DNA of 64,000 bases from an uncultured Candidatus Saccharibacteria bacterium (GTDB taxonomy: Bacteria; Patescibacteriota; Minisyncoccia; Phycocordibacterales; UBA9973), in the NCBI GenBank assembly GCA_964625065.1, contig CAZUZL010000004.1, forward strand, positions 11,040 to 75,039, read 5' to 3'. Made by a program: the position numbers and the translations under genes. The notes under the pieces were generated by a model. It was not told the origin of the DNA, ran no database searches, and saw only the letters and a list, made by a program, of their open reading frames with translations. This document shows positions 38,501-48,025 of the stretch, piece after piece. Within the stretch, counting starts at the first letter, position 1. The number at the start of each line of letters is the position of its first letter.

Positions 38501-40841
38501 ACGTATCAGGGTTATACTCAAAAATAGTTCCCACATCAGAAGGATTACTTTCATTTTCTGTAGTCATACCATAAAACGATCCATTGTATTCTATAAGTGA
38601 CCCGTATGGAGAAGTCCCAAATGCTTTTTCATTATATTGGTCCCAATTAGAATACGCATTTGAAGAATACATTATTTCTGAATTTGCTGGTACGTTTGTG
38701 TCCCAGGTAAGTGTGTGACTAATATTACTGAAAACTAAATTCGAAATCTCAATAAGTGGAACATAATTGTCTGCCTTAATCCATACCCAGGTATTACCAT
38801 CAACATCCATATATTTAGTACCGGTTTTGTCACCAGTTAATGTACAGTCCGTAGAACAGTGTTGTGTAGTAACTTGTTCCCATGCCGATGTAGTGAAATT
38901 GTAAAAAGATATTGTAACCATTTTGTCTGCAGGCACATCACCGTGGCCGGTCCAGACAACACTAAACTTTGGGTTTGTAATGCCACCTGAATCTAGCTTG
39001 ATTTTAAACACTTGCGAATCATAGCCACCGTCAGTTACAGATAGTGCTGTAGTCCAGTAGTCAGAATCAGTACTATATATACTTGCAAGGTTATCAGCAG
39101 TACCTAGTGTACCCGGAGACCCAGGGGTTACAGCTGTATCTGCACTTTCGTATAGTATGTATGGGGTAATACTTGAAGCAACTGCAGTACCTGGACTTAA
39201 ACCAATACTAGCAACAGGGGTAACTTCAAACTTGATTGTTTTATTTACATCATCTGCTGTTAAAATATATGTTATATTTGTAGCACCAGCTATAGCAACA
39301 TTGTTTCTGTACCATTGAAAAGTTGAAACTCCTTCTGGATCATTTTCTGTATCGCTGTATGTGTACTGCCCTGTAAGAGTGGCCCCTAATTCTAAATTGC
39401 CGGAAATAGATACACTTGTGGCAACAGGTATACTATCTGTAGTAGTAACTCCACTACTTTGTAAAAGTACTCCCGGTGTAACCCCCGTATTTGCAACTGG
39501 TTGAACACCGAACTTGATTGTTGTATGAGCATCGTCTGTCGTTAATACATATGTATTTGAATTTGCACCAGATATAGCCACATCATCACGGTACCAAGAA
39601 TACACAGAGGCACCTTCTAGGTCATTATCCACATCTACATATGTATAGTTTCCAGTTAAGGTATCTCCGATGTTTGCAGTGCCGGTTATTGACACACTTG
39701 TGGCAGTCGGCGCAAAGTTTGTTGGATCCCATTCATATATTACACCATGTGATGATGTTCCACCTGCGCCTGTAGTTCCATAAAATTTACTATTGCTTTC
39801 AATTAGTGAAACAGCGGGACTATATACGCCACTATCAGCATAAAAATTAAATTTATTTACAAATATACTGGTAACAGGATCAAATTCAAAAATTATGCCA
39901 TTATTATCTAAACCACCTTGGATTGTTACACCGTACAATTTACTATTACTTATTATCATTGACCCGGATGGGAATTTTCCGTCAGTGCTATCAAAATCAT
40001 GTACATCAGTATATGTATTTGTATTTGGATCATATTCATAAATCACACCAAAACCATTTGCACCATCATATGCTAACCCATAAAATTTACCATTCAACAA
40101 TGTTAATGAACCTATTGGGGTAGACCCACTGATTGGTGTAAAGTCATACTTTTTTGTAGTAATATGAGTAATTGGATTAAATTCAAAAAGGGTTCCACTT
40201 CCTCCACTTAGAGGTGCAACACCATAAAGTTTACCATTACTTACAGCCAATAAACTTGATGGCAATCTTCCACCAGCAACATTATTATAACTTGTGTATG
40301 TATTCGTGTTGGGATCGAATGCATAAATTACTCCTATGTTTGATGTACCACCTTGGGTAGTTAATCCGTAAAATATACCATTATACTCAATCAGTGGACC
40401 ACGTGGGGTATTTCCATTTACACCAATATCAAAATCATACAAATCAGTATATGTACTTGTGTTTGGATCAAATTTAAATATAACACCATACCCATTTGCA
40501 CCACCTTGCTGAGTTGTACCATAAAAAAATCCGTTACTTTCAAGTAGTGGTCCGTTAGGCCTGTCTCCATTTACACCATCGAGGTCATAAATATCAGTAT
40601 ATGTATTTGTATTATTGTCATATTCAAATATTGCACCATAACCATTCGCACCACCTGAAATTGTTGCTCCATAAAACTTTCCATTACTTATTATTAATGG
40701 GCCGTTCATAGAATATCCATTACTGACATTAAAATCATACTTCTTAACAACACCCGCCTCAGCACTCTGTGCCCCTACCGCAAACGAGACCACTATGAAC
40801 GCAACCAATATTAATTTTCGGAAATTTAGTAATTTATACAT
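35577..40841 (-). CDS. 1754-aa secreted repetitive surface protein
   Basis: Signal peptide (QSAEA); two blocks of ~50-aa LYGTTxxGG repeats (GloVer-like); two Ig-like repeats (YSWYR/FQWYR); SCPYIFVWDG domain; poly-Thr; GCKDIKATNY; C-terminal PG-binding DGILGPIT..DGLVGPLT. Confidence 0.85.
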   Translation of the reverse strand: MYKLLNFRKLILVAFIVVSFAVGAQSAEAGVVKKYDFNVSNGYSMNGPLIISNGKFYGATISGGANGYGAIFEYDNNTNTYTDIYDLDGVNGDRPNGPLLESNGFFYGTTQQGGANGYGVIFKFDPNTSTYTDLYDFDIGVNGNTPRGPLIEYNGIFYGLTTQGGTSNIGVIYAFDPNTNTYTSYNNVAGGRLPSSLLAVSNGKLYGVAPLSGGSGTLFEFNPITHITTKKYDFTPISGSTPIGSLTLLNGKFYGLAYDGANGFGVIYEYDPNTNTYTDVHDFDSTDGKFPSGSMIISNSKLYGVTIQGGLDNNGIIFEFDPVTSIFVNKFNFYADSGVYSPAVSLIESNSKFYGTTGAGGTSSHGVIYEWDPTNFAPTATSVSITGTANIGDTLTGNYTYVDVDNDLEGASVYSWYRDDVAISGANSNTYVLTTDDAHTTIKFGVQPVANTGVTPGVLLQSSGVTTTDSIPVATSVSISGNLELGATLTGQYTYSDTENDPEGVSTFQWYRNNVAIAGATNITYILTADDVNKTIKFEVTPVASIGLSPGTAVASSITPYILYESADTAVTPGSPGTLGTADNLASIYSTDSDYWTTALSVTDGGYDSQVFKIKLDSGGITNPKFSVVWTGHGDVPADKMVTISFYNFTTSAWEQVTTQHCSTDCTLTGDKTGTKYMDVDGNTWVWIKADNYVPLIEISNLVFSNISHTLTWDTNVPANSEIMYSSNAYSNWDQYNEKAFGTSPYGSLIEYNGSFYGMTTENESNPSDVGTIFEYNPDTSIYTNRFSFNSTNGANPKGSLVNVSGIFYGTTYSGGTNSVGTLFAWDPVTNTITKQYNFNTTDGVHPYGSLINVSGIFYGTTGSGGANNAGTLFAWDPVTNTITKQYDFNTTDGSGPQGSLLNIGGILYGTTTYGGVSGMGTLFAWDPVTNTITKQFDFDGSNGAYPQGSLINISGVLYGTTLNGGANGFGVLFAWDPVTNTITKHYDFNSTDGEAPSGSLINISGILYGTSIFGGVNGAGILFAWDPVTNAITDQYDFDYSIGSNPRGSLIERNGNFYGTANQGGVSGAGSVFEYNFDTNTYTTLHEYNNNLVFYVHDDAMVTSHSISVTYGTPTLYYIVRSTDASSNVATSEVGGPYASSCPYIFVWDGEKYVFVTDASSSSTLSIGLDRATWAANPFYKDPNTNNNYPNPEGYAKIQSGNLVPRTVGNETFYDIKNTTELNEINYFDSTSLKIIDHDASVNVFPDYRENGQIHTVAKNAPAPVSVIDQDGQDVTSLLSQNDGVYYHSKLNVTPAYIDIKLSNGITTPANLKLLIERGKEGPFSGGSGSDTLQYKNEAGEFVDVPSEYNVFVTQREGAPYPSRLRFNSYGVETKVIDLSGLTIKDNTIRLIMTNTKRMWDIDYLAVDTNPDSAITVTSENPYYADLHFRGISSKVRTNPNDPNMILTEPVYGDVTDAFISNKTTGNATKYGDVTELLQSNDDKFVIMTQGDELAFKYAVPAQAPGTERDFIYYTNDYHKAYIYALGDEIGPLPFSAMTQYPYHTDVESYPTDAEHNLYQSTYNTRAINFTGLRTDIVPGQLHHSLNTDYIVLSVSEAPTTTTTTTTTTTTTTTSSSVPFGCKDIKATNYQPFGISSPSMCRYAVVNNTNTNTNNTLGVKGQCSATQLLTQNLKAGARNGKYNSFAKTIVSEVKILQAHMNRLGFASGKEDGILGPITNGAIKRMQKFLGTKQDGLVGPLTRGLINNSCGVEA
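35998..36042. repeat. 9-bp tandem repeat (GTTGTGGTA)x5 encoding a poly-Thr linker
   Basis: Read directly. Confidence 0.9.
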
Positions 40842-40940
40842 ACGGCAATTATATCATAAAATGGCAAATGTCTAATAGAGCTAATGCTGACCTAAATAAA
40901 CACCGTGTATACACGTACACGGCTTTTTTATTTCAGAAAA

Positions 40941-42503
40941 CTAATTATTTTTATTAGTCTTCTTAACTATTTTAACACTATTTTTTGTATTGGTTTTTTG
41001 GGTTTTCGTATTTTTATTTTGGTATACAACTTGGTGGCTAATTAACGGTGAATGTACACCAGTAGTAGATACATATGACAAATACACTTTATAAGTGCCG
41101 TACTTTTCAGGAAGTATAAAACTTTCTTTATTGGTAAATTTATTATATGGGTGTATTACTTCGTTTTTAAAGTTAGGGTCTAACGACACTATGTACCCTG
41201 CTGTTGTACTAGAATCTGCATTAAAACTTAAAGTTAGTTTGTTTGTATTAGTTTTTTGGTTACCACTGTCTATTATAAAATCTAGAGGTTTATTGTTGTT
41301 TGACTTCGGAACAACTAGAACACCTGACCAACCACTACCTGGGCGTGATACTGAAAAAGTATTAGAAACACCAGACCCAAAACCAATTTTTGACACACCA
41401 GAGTTGTTATAGTTTGCAACCCACACACTACTGTTGTTTGTATTTATAGCTACACCAGTTGCCGCCAATATGTTTGGACTTGTATAATTAGTAATCTGAC
41501 CAGAAAGTGTAACTTTTGAAACAGCAACAACGTTTGCCACCCACATATCAGTTTCATCAAATGTTATACCGTACCCGGCTGACTCTAACCCTGGGTATGT
41601 AGTCATAACACCAGTTGGAGTAATTTTAGTTACACTATAGCCACCATAGTCAGCTGTCCACATGTTTGTGCCATCAAATGCAATGTCTAGCGGGTACCCA
41701 CCTGTACCTGTATATGTAGTCATAGACCCTGCAGGTGTTATTTTTGTAACACTGTCGTCATTAAAACTTGCTGTCCACATGTTTGTACCGTCAAACGCAA
41801 TAGAAGAAGGGTTAGTACCAGTACCAGTGTAGGTGGTAATAACACCTAGTGGAGTTATTTTTGAAACACTTGCATCAGCGTTTGCAGTCCACATGTTTGT
41901 ACCGTCAAAGGCAATGTCCAGAGGGCCTACAAGCGGACCATAATTTGTCATTGAACCATTAGGTGCAATTTTAGTAACATTGTTTCCGCTTACGTTTGCT
42001 GTCCACATGTTTATACCGTCAAAAGCAATACCACGTGGTCCGTCACCTGTACCTGTATATGTAGTAACTGTGCCATCGTATGCAACCTTGTCTACTTCAT
42101 TTGAAAAGTAGTTTGTTACCCACATGTTTGTGCCGTCAAATGCCAGGTTCCACGCACCGCCACCAACACCACCATAAAACGTAGCTGTTGGTTTTAAACT
42201 AATAGAAACAGTATTGTTGTTCGAAGCAACACCAGTGGTTGGTGTAAACGTAGCTGTATAAACCAGTGGGTCTGCAGTAGATGTTAAGTTTGACAAAGTA
42301 CCACCAGTTACCAAAATATCGTTTAATGTAAAATTTATAGGTCGTTCAGTAAAAGCAAAAGTTACAGTAGTTGTGTTAGTGTTTAACATCGTACCACTTA
42401 TACTTATTGAAACATTTGAAGTCGCTGTTGAAGCAAGCAAAATTGTAGATGTGTTTAAAAACAACATCAAAGCAATAAGTGAACACAAAAAGTATTTATT
42501 CAT
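40941..42503 (-). CDS. Secreted Ig-like plus beta-propeller (IAFDGTNMW repeats) protein
   Basis: Signal peptide, VTFAFTE..YTATFTP Ig-like domain, ~7 FDGxNMW repeats. Confidence 0.8.
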   Translation of the reverse strand: MNKYFLCSLIALMLFLNTSTILLASTATSNVSISISGTMLNTNTTTVTFAFTERPINFTLNDILVTGGTLSNLTSTADPLVYTATFTPTTGVASNNNTVSISLKPTATFYGGVGGGAWNLAFDGTNMWVTNYFSNEVDKVAYDGTVTTYTGTGDGPRGIAFDGINMWTANVSGNNVTKIAPNGSMTNYGPLVGPLDIAFDGTNMWTANADASVSKITPLGVITTYTGTGTNPSSIAFDGTNMWTASFNDDSVTKITPAGSMTTYTGTGGYPLDIAFDGTNMWTADYGGYSVTKITPTGVMTTYPGLESAGYGITFDETDMWVANVVAVSKVTLSGQITNYTSPNILAATGVAINTNNSSVWVANYNNSGVSKIGFGSGVSNTFSVSRPGSGWSGVLVVPKSNNNKPLDFIIDSGNQKTNTNKLTLSFNADSSTTAGYIVSLDPNFKNEVIHPYNKFTNKESFILPEKYGTYKVYLSYVSTTGVHSPLISHQVVYQNKNTKTQKTNTKNSVKIVKKTNKNN

Positions 42504-42617
42504 TCAAATATTATATCATTCATGCAACAATAAACATAAATATTTATACAATTTACTTTATACACACAATTACTTTTGCACATTAATTGTTATACAAACA
42601 ACATGTAAAGGTACTTG

Positions 42618-42654
42618 CTCCGTAGTGAAACTTGAGACTGTTTCTACTACGGGG
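42618..42654. repeat. CCCCGTAG-family palindrome forming the doxX promoter
   Basis: ctccgtagtgaaac-ttgagact-gtttctactacgggg then TATAAT; TTGAGA(42632-42637)-17-TATAAT(42655-42660). Confidence 0.7.
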
Positions 42655-42707
42655 TATAATATATATGTAGTTACAAAAAAGTAATTATTTAATAACATAA
42701 AAATTTT

Positions 42708-43244
42708 ATGGCTTATATATATTATAAAGGCTCAGGAATATCAGATTTTATTTTTAAGAATACAAATAGTTCTATTCTCTGGCTCGTCATACGCATCTAT
42801 GTTGGGTGGGCATGGTTAGTTGCAGGTTGGGACAAAATTATAAACCCTGCATGGTTCGGTGCAAATGCCGGTGCAGGTATTACAGGTTTCTTAAACGGTT
42901 CTTTAACTAAAACAGGTGGTGCACACCCAGACGTATCTATGTGGTACGCTTGGTTTATACAACACGCAGTGTTACCATATGCCCACATTTGGTCTTATGT
43001 TATAACCATCGGCGAAGTACTAATTGGTGTGGCATTGATACTTGGTATATTTACTGGTATTGCTGCATTCTTTGGTTCATTTATGAACTTAAACTTTTTG
43101 CTTGCAGGTTCTGTAAGTGTAAACCCAATACTGTTTGTACTTGGTATGGGCGTATGTATGGCATGGCGTGTAGCTGGCTACTATGGTGTAGACCATTATT
43201 TACTACCATATGTGCAGAACAAAAATAACAAAACAACTGGTTAG
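42708..43244 (+). CDS. DoxX/DoxD-family membrane protein
   Basis: RIYVGWAWLVAGWDK, GEVLIGVALILG, AGSVSVNP, AGYYGVD. Confidence 0.88.
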   Translation: MAYIYYKGSGISDFIFKNTNSSILWLVIRIYVGWAWLVAGWDKIINPAWFGANAGAGITGFLNGSLTKTGGAHPDVSMWYAWFIQHAVLPYAHIWSYVITIGEVLIGVALILGIFTGIAAFFGSFMNLNFLLAGSVSVNPILFVLGMGVCMAWRVAGYYGVDHYLLPYVQNKNNKTTG

Positions 43245-43256
43245 TTTTAGAAAAAT

Positions 43257-43284
43257 GAAAGCCCTGCATAAATGCAGGGCTTTT
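43257..43284. terminator. Bidirectional terminator; similar hairpin at 51875-51906
   Basis: aaagccctgcat-aa-atgcagggcttt. Confidence 0.75.
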
Positions 43285-43294
43285 ATCTTCAGAT

Positions 43295-44632
43295 TCAACT
43301 TTTTCCTTTTAAAGTTTGAACAAGTAAGTCGATAGGAACTTCGATTTGGGTTTTTTCAGTCATATTCTTAACAATTGCTATATTTTTAGCAAATTCATTT
43401 TCACCAATGATAACAACTGTCGGAATGTTTAAGTTACTCGCGTAACCAATCTGTCCACCCATACGATTTTCTTTACCTAAATAAAGTTCAGCAGAGATGC
43501 CAATTTTTCGAAGTTCAGTAACAAATTCTATTGATTTAAGTTTTGCTTCATTGAAAATATTTAAAAACAAAACCTCTGTTACTGTAGATTTTTTTGTAAT
43601 CAAATTTAACATTTCTAATGCCGCAAACAATCTATCAATACCAACAGAAGCACCGACTGCAGGAACCTTAGAACCAAATCTGTCTACCAAGTCGTCGTAT
43701 CTACCACCTGAAAATACACTACCTATGGAAGGTAATTTATTCAAAGTTGTTTCAAAAACAACTCCAGTATAGTAACCTAAACCACGAGCAACTGACAAAT
43801 CTACTACAAAAGATTCTTCTGTAACACCAAAACTAGGAAGGTACGAAAGTATTTCCTTAAGTTCAGAAACACCCTGTTTGCCTACTTCACTTGATTTTAC
43901 AAGATCTTCAACTTTTTCAAGAATTTCAGCTGCAGGCAAATCCTTAATTGTGAGGAAATTTTCAATAGTATTACACTGGTCATCAGTTAGTAAAGTTTTT
44001 CCATTAGTTTTTAATTCCTTTCTTACACCATCCATTCCAATTTTATCCATTTTATCAAGGATTCTTAAAACATCAGATGTAATGGAAGGATTAAATCCAA
44101 CAAAATCAGGTAATGCATTCAGAATTTTGCGATTATTTATTCTAATTACAAAATCATCAACATTCAGTGCTTTCAAAGTTGAAACCATTACAGCAATTAT
44201 TTCTGCATCGGCAATACCAGATTCTACACCAGCAACATCAATATCACATTGATAAAACTGATTATAACGTCCTTTTTGAGCTGTTTCTGGGCGAAACACA
44301 GCGCCAATTTCACTACGTTTAAATGGAAACTTAATAGTACCCATATTACTAGCAATGAAAACGGAAAAAGGGACAGTTAAGTCAAATCTTAATGCTCTGG
44401 CAGAATCAGTCCGAGCCTCTTCGTGGATTTTAAAAATCCTCATATCAGAATCACCACCAGTTAAAACTATTTCTTTTTGTAAAATAGGTGTTTCAAGTGG
44501 AGAAAATCCAAAGTTTTGAAAAACATTACGAATGTTATTCAACATCTGTAATCTTGGAATCATAACTCCAGGATCATACACAACGGTACCTCCTGGAAAT
44601 TCAGGGGTAATTTTCAATTCTAATTTACTCAT
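43295..44632 (-). CDS. hisS: Histidine--tRNA ligase (divergent)
   Basis: LRFDLTVP, FYQCDID, RGLGYYTG, GGRYDDL, VGASVGIDRL, anticodon-binding domain. Confidence 0.9.
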   Translation of the reverse strand: MSKLELKITPEFPGGTVVYDPGVMIPRLQMLNNIRNVFQNFGFSPLETPILQKEIVLTGGDSDMRIFKIHEEARTDSARALRFDLTVPFSVFIASNMGTIKFPFKRSEIGAVFRPETAQKGRYNQFYQCDIDVAGVESGIADAEIIAVMVSTLKALNVDDFVIRINNRKILNALPDFVGFNPSITSDVLRILDKMDKIGMDGVRKELKTNGKTLLTDDQCNTIENFLTIKDLPAAEILEKVEDLVKSSEVGKQGVSELKEILSYLPSFGVTEESFVVDLSVARGLGYYTGVVFETTLNKLPSIGSVFSGGRYDDLVDRFGSKVPAVGASVGIDRLFAALEMLNLITKKSTVTEVLFLNIFNEAKLKSIEFVTELRKIGISAELYLGKENRMGGQIGYASNLNIPTVVIIGENEFAKNIAIVKNMTEKTQIEVPIDLLVQTLKGKS

Positions 44633-44687
44633 ATATTATATTTATATTTTTACACATAATAACATAATCTTTATTATATGTAAATAT

Positions 44688-46295
44688 TTATTTTACTAGC
44701 AAATTATCTGATTTTATTAAGTCTCTAACTTTCTCTATTTCAGATCTAACATATACATCCCCTTTATAATCACCTAGTGCCTTTAAAATGGTATTGTACG
44801 CAACTGATGTTCCAGCACCAAGTTTACGTAACTTAGCAGGAAGTTTTTCTTGAGTAATTTGTATACCTCTAGTAGCACACAATAGTTCTATTGCTAGTAA
44901 TGTTTCTAGGTTTTTAATTACTTTACGTAGATGTACTGCACCCACACTCCCCATTGACACAACGTCTTCTTGGTTTGCAGCAGTTGAAACAGACATTACA
45001 GATGCCGGTGTTGAAAGTACTCTGTTTTCAGCAACTCTAGACGCACCTGCATATTGAGCTATCATGTATCCAGCGTCAGCTTTGGAAGTGTCGAAAGCAA
45101 GATCCCCTGGTAAACCATAACTTAGATGTGAATCAAGTAACGAGAAAGATCTTTTATCACTAGCTATACTTAGTGATGTTAATGTCATTTTTACATAATC
45201 TATAGGTGAAGCCAGTAATTGACCGTGGAAATTACCGCCACTGGCAAAAGAAACGGTTTCAGTATTTTTACCATTAATTTTTACAGTTACGGTTTTTTCA
45301 AAATCAAAAACAGGATTATCTGTTACAGAATTAATTTCAGTGGTCAACGTCTGTTTTAACTTTTCGATTGCTTCAAAAGCTGCACCATGAATCTGAGGCG
45401 CGCATCTAAAACTATATCTATCTTGAACACGTTCTTTGTTACGTTCATTTGAAAATTGAATTTCTTGAGATTCTTTTGTTGTTCTCATTGAACCTTTTAT
45501 CAAAGATCGTATTTGTTTTGCAATTGCAATTTGGCCAATATGTCTATCAGATTGCTCGTTTATAAGTTCTTGGAATGCTCGTTTTTCTCCACGTACAGCT
45601 TCTAAAGAAAGCGCTGTACTTAATGAAGCAATATTAAGCAATTTTTCTGCTTCTAGAACAGAAATTGAAGCAATTGATGCAATAAAATTTGAACCATTTG
45701 TTAGACCCATGGCTTCTTTAGCACCTAGTCTAATTGGTTTTATGCCACTTTGCTTTAACGCTTCTGGGGAACTTAATAATTTACCTTTATAATAAGCTTT
45801 ACCGTCTGGTAAACCAATAATAACAGCACCTATCATTGCTAGTGGCACCAAATCTCCACTTGCACCCACAGAACCTTCTTCTAATATCCAAGGTGTAACA
45901 TTTTTATTTAAAAGTTCTATTAGAATATTACACATATCCCAACTTACTCCGGAATGTCCTTTTAGAAATGAGTTAAGTCTAATAACCATAATTGCACGAG
46001 CTTCTGGAATAGATAATGGTTCACCTGTGCCACAATTATGAGTTTTTATATATTTTACTTGATATTCTTCGATGAATTCATAAGGTACAGCAACATCTTT
46101 TAGATCACCATGCAGACGATTTGTTCCGTAAATAGGTATTTCTGGAAAATTTTTAATCTGAGATTCTAGTTTTTTTCGATGATTTTTAATTTTATTCTGA
46201 AGCACTGGACTTACAGACACACCTGATTCTCCGATTGCAATAGAATGAAGCTCTTTTAATGTTAGACTTTTACCTGTTAAATTTATATTACTCAT
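44688..46295 (-). CDS. hutH: MIO-dependent histidine ammonia-lyase-like enzyme
   Basis: GSVGASGDL MIO motif, QDRYSFRCAPQIHG, TDNP, SGGNFHG, NQEDVVSMG. Confidence 0.8.
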   Translation of the reverse strand: MSNINLTGKSLTLKELHSIAIGESGVSVSPVLQNKIKNHRKKLESQIKNFPEIPIYGTNRLHGDLKDVAVPYEFIEEYQVKYIKTHNCGTGEPLSIPEARAIMVIRLNSFLKGHSGVSWDMCNILIELLNKNVTPWILEEGSVGASGDLVPLAMIGAVIIGLPDGKAYYKGKLLSSPEALKQSGIKPIRLGAKEAMGLTNGSNFIASIASISVLEAEKLLNIASLSTALSLEAVRGEKRAFQELINEQSDRHIGQIAIAKQIRSLIKGSMRTTKESQEIQFSNERNKERVQDRYSFRCAPQIHGAAFEAIEKLKQTLTTEINSVTDNPVFDFEKTVTVKINGKNTETVSFASGGNFHGQLLASPIDYVKMTLTSLSIASDKRSFSLLDSHLSYGLPGDLAFDTSKADAGYMIAQYAGASRVAENRVLSTPASVMSVSTAANQEDVVSMGSVGAVHLRKVIKNLETLLAIELLCATRGIQITQEKLPAKLRKLGAGTSVAYNTILKALGDYKGDVYVRSEIEKVRDLIKSDNLLVK

Positions 46296-46331
46296 AAAAT
46301 GATATTAAACCTAATAAATCACTGTATTTTT

Positions 46332-46360
46332 AGTATATATAATTATAATTAATTAAGCAA
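46332..46360 (-). promoter_or_regulatory. Promoter for hutH-hisS
   Basis: TTGCTT-17-TATACT on the minus strand, downstream of terminator 46394-46422. Confidence 0.6.
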
Positions 46361-46441
46361 TATATTTTTAATTCGGTAAACACTAAAAAATACAAAAACA
46401 GCTTACATTGTAAGCTGTTTTTTAATAATTTACTCAAAATT

Positions 46442-47113
46442 TTAAACTTGAGAAACCTGGATTGCGGCAATAACCTTTGTTCGACCACTATCTTCTATAG
46501 TATGAACAATATCATAACCTAATTTTTCAACCATCCACTTATAAGTAATACTGGGAGGTTGACTTAAAGTTCTAAAAAATACAACTCCGTCGGGATCTAC
46601 ACTTTTAAAGTGTTGATGTCGAGCAGTATATAGTTTTTTAGCAATACCAGAACCCTGGTATTCTGGAAGTACTGCAATTTCGTCCTGGTATGCAAACCGA
46701 GAATTGTTGATGTCTCTTTTTCTGAAGGAATCTGCAAGTCCGTTGGCACCAAGATGTTTTTCAAGGCTTTCGTTTATCTCAACAAAATAACCCCAACAAA
46801 AACCAACAATGTCATTTTCAGGATTTTCAGCAATAAAACATACTGCACCTTCTTTTCCCATTTCTTTGTAGAAATCCTGCAAGACTTCAGTTTTTGTCCA
46901 GTATTCAACTAACGGAACACTGTATCCGTCAATTTTACAAGTAGAACAATCTTTTTCTGGAAACGATTCAGGGAAATGATGCCCACATTTAGGACATTTC
47001 CAGAACTCACTCCAGTTTTTGTCGGTAGAGAAGACTTTTATATAAGCCTCTGCGATACTAAGTACGTCGGACCAAGAAATTGATTTCAGGTCAACTTTTT
47101 TGATAGTTATCAT
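46442..47113 (-). CDS. GNAT acetyltransferase with inserted zinc ribbon
   Basis: CPKC..CSTC; EIAVLPEYQGSGIA acetyl-CoA motif; own TTGACA-16-TATAAT promoter at 47139-47166. Confidence 0.8.
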   Translation of the reverse strand: MITIKKVDLKSISWSDVLSIAEAYIKVFSTDKNWSEFWKCPKCGHHFPESFPEKDCSTCKIDGYSVPLVEYWTKTEVLQDFYKEMGKEGAVCFIAENPENDIVGFCWGYFVEINESLEKHLGANGLADSFRKRDINNSRFAYQDEIAVLPEYQGSGIAKKLYTARHQHFKSVDPDGVVFFRTLSQPPSITYKWMVEKLGYDIVHTIEDSGRTKVIAAIQVSQV

Positions 47114-47170
47114 GGTTATTAATATTTAATTTTTATTAATTATATAAAAATTACCATTTTTGTCAATGCA

Positions 47171-47986
47171 CTAAACTGCCAACAAAAAACACTCTTGACC
47201 AACAGCACCTTCTATGTTATGTGCAAAAAGTATTTTAGAATCATATGGTGCTGTTACAACCGTGTTACCATCCATACCAATTATGGTGTCTTTTGAAATA
47301 TTTTCAAAATCTTTAAATACTTTACTTAAAGTAAATTTAGAATTTGTATTTTTATACAAAAAGTTTATAGATATTTTTTCTTGTTTTACTTTATTATTAT
47401 TTCCAGTTGTATGGCCCATAGCCATCAAAAAAGAATTGATTGTTTCTATTGCTTTATCTACAGCAGCAGGGTCTTCATGTTGACCACATTCAACACAGAT
47501 GCCGATTTTATTATTTAAATTCATGTACGAATCTGTTCCGCCGGGTTCAAATTCATCAAAACCAGATACAACTAAATTAAATGGTAACTGTTCAGATATA
47601 AAATTATTTTTAGGTTCTGCAATTATAAACTGCTTACTATCAATGTTTCTACTAGAATGTATGTCCAACAAGGCGTCAGATTTATCAAGTAAAGACCTTA
47701 GTTCAACTGAAATACCATATTCATATGTTTTAAGTTCGTTTTCAGTTAGTTGATCAATATTTTTAAAAGCTCGGTTTAGGTTCATATCGACAAATCTAAC
47801 GTTTTTTTCAACAGCTTTTGGGTTGCCAATTTGAAAAATCACAGTTCCGTTTTCGATATTTAGACCATCTAAAATAGATTCAAAAGCAACAATACCGCAA
47901 GGTTCATTTCCATGGATACCCGCTAAAATAACACTTGTTTTACCAGGGTTTTTACCTGTTTTAGTTATTGGGTATTTTTCTAACAT
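47171..47986 (-). CDS. Succinylglutamate desuccinylase/aspartoacylase (M14) family protein
   Basis: GIHGNE, NLNRAF, LDIHS, ECGQH. Confidence 0.85.
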   Translation of the reverse strand: MLEKYPITKTGKNPGKTSVILAGIHGNEPCGIVAFESILDGLNIENGTVIFQIGNPKAVEKNVRFVDMNLNRAFKNIDQLTENELKTYEYGISVELRSLLDKSDALLDIHSSRNIDSKQFIIAEPKNNFISEQLPFNLVVSGFDEFEPGGTDSYMNLNNKIGICVECGQHEDPAAVDKAIETINSFLMAMGHTTGNNNKVKQEKISINFLYKNTNSKFTLSKVFKDFENISKDTIIGMDGNTVVTAPYDSKILFAHNIEGAVGQECFLLAV

Positions 47987-48025
47987 ATTTACATGTTATC
48001 AGAAAAAACGAATTATAACAAAATT

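Noticed and set aside
43295-47986. Single four-gene biosynthetic operon
   Set aside because: An internal promoter and terminator split it; no carrier protein or transporter; kept only as weaker separate findings
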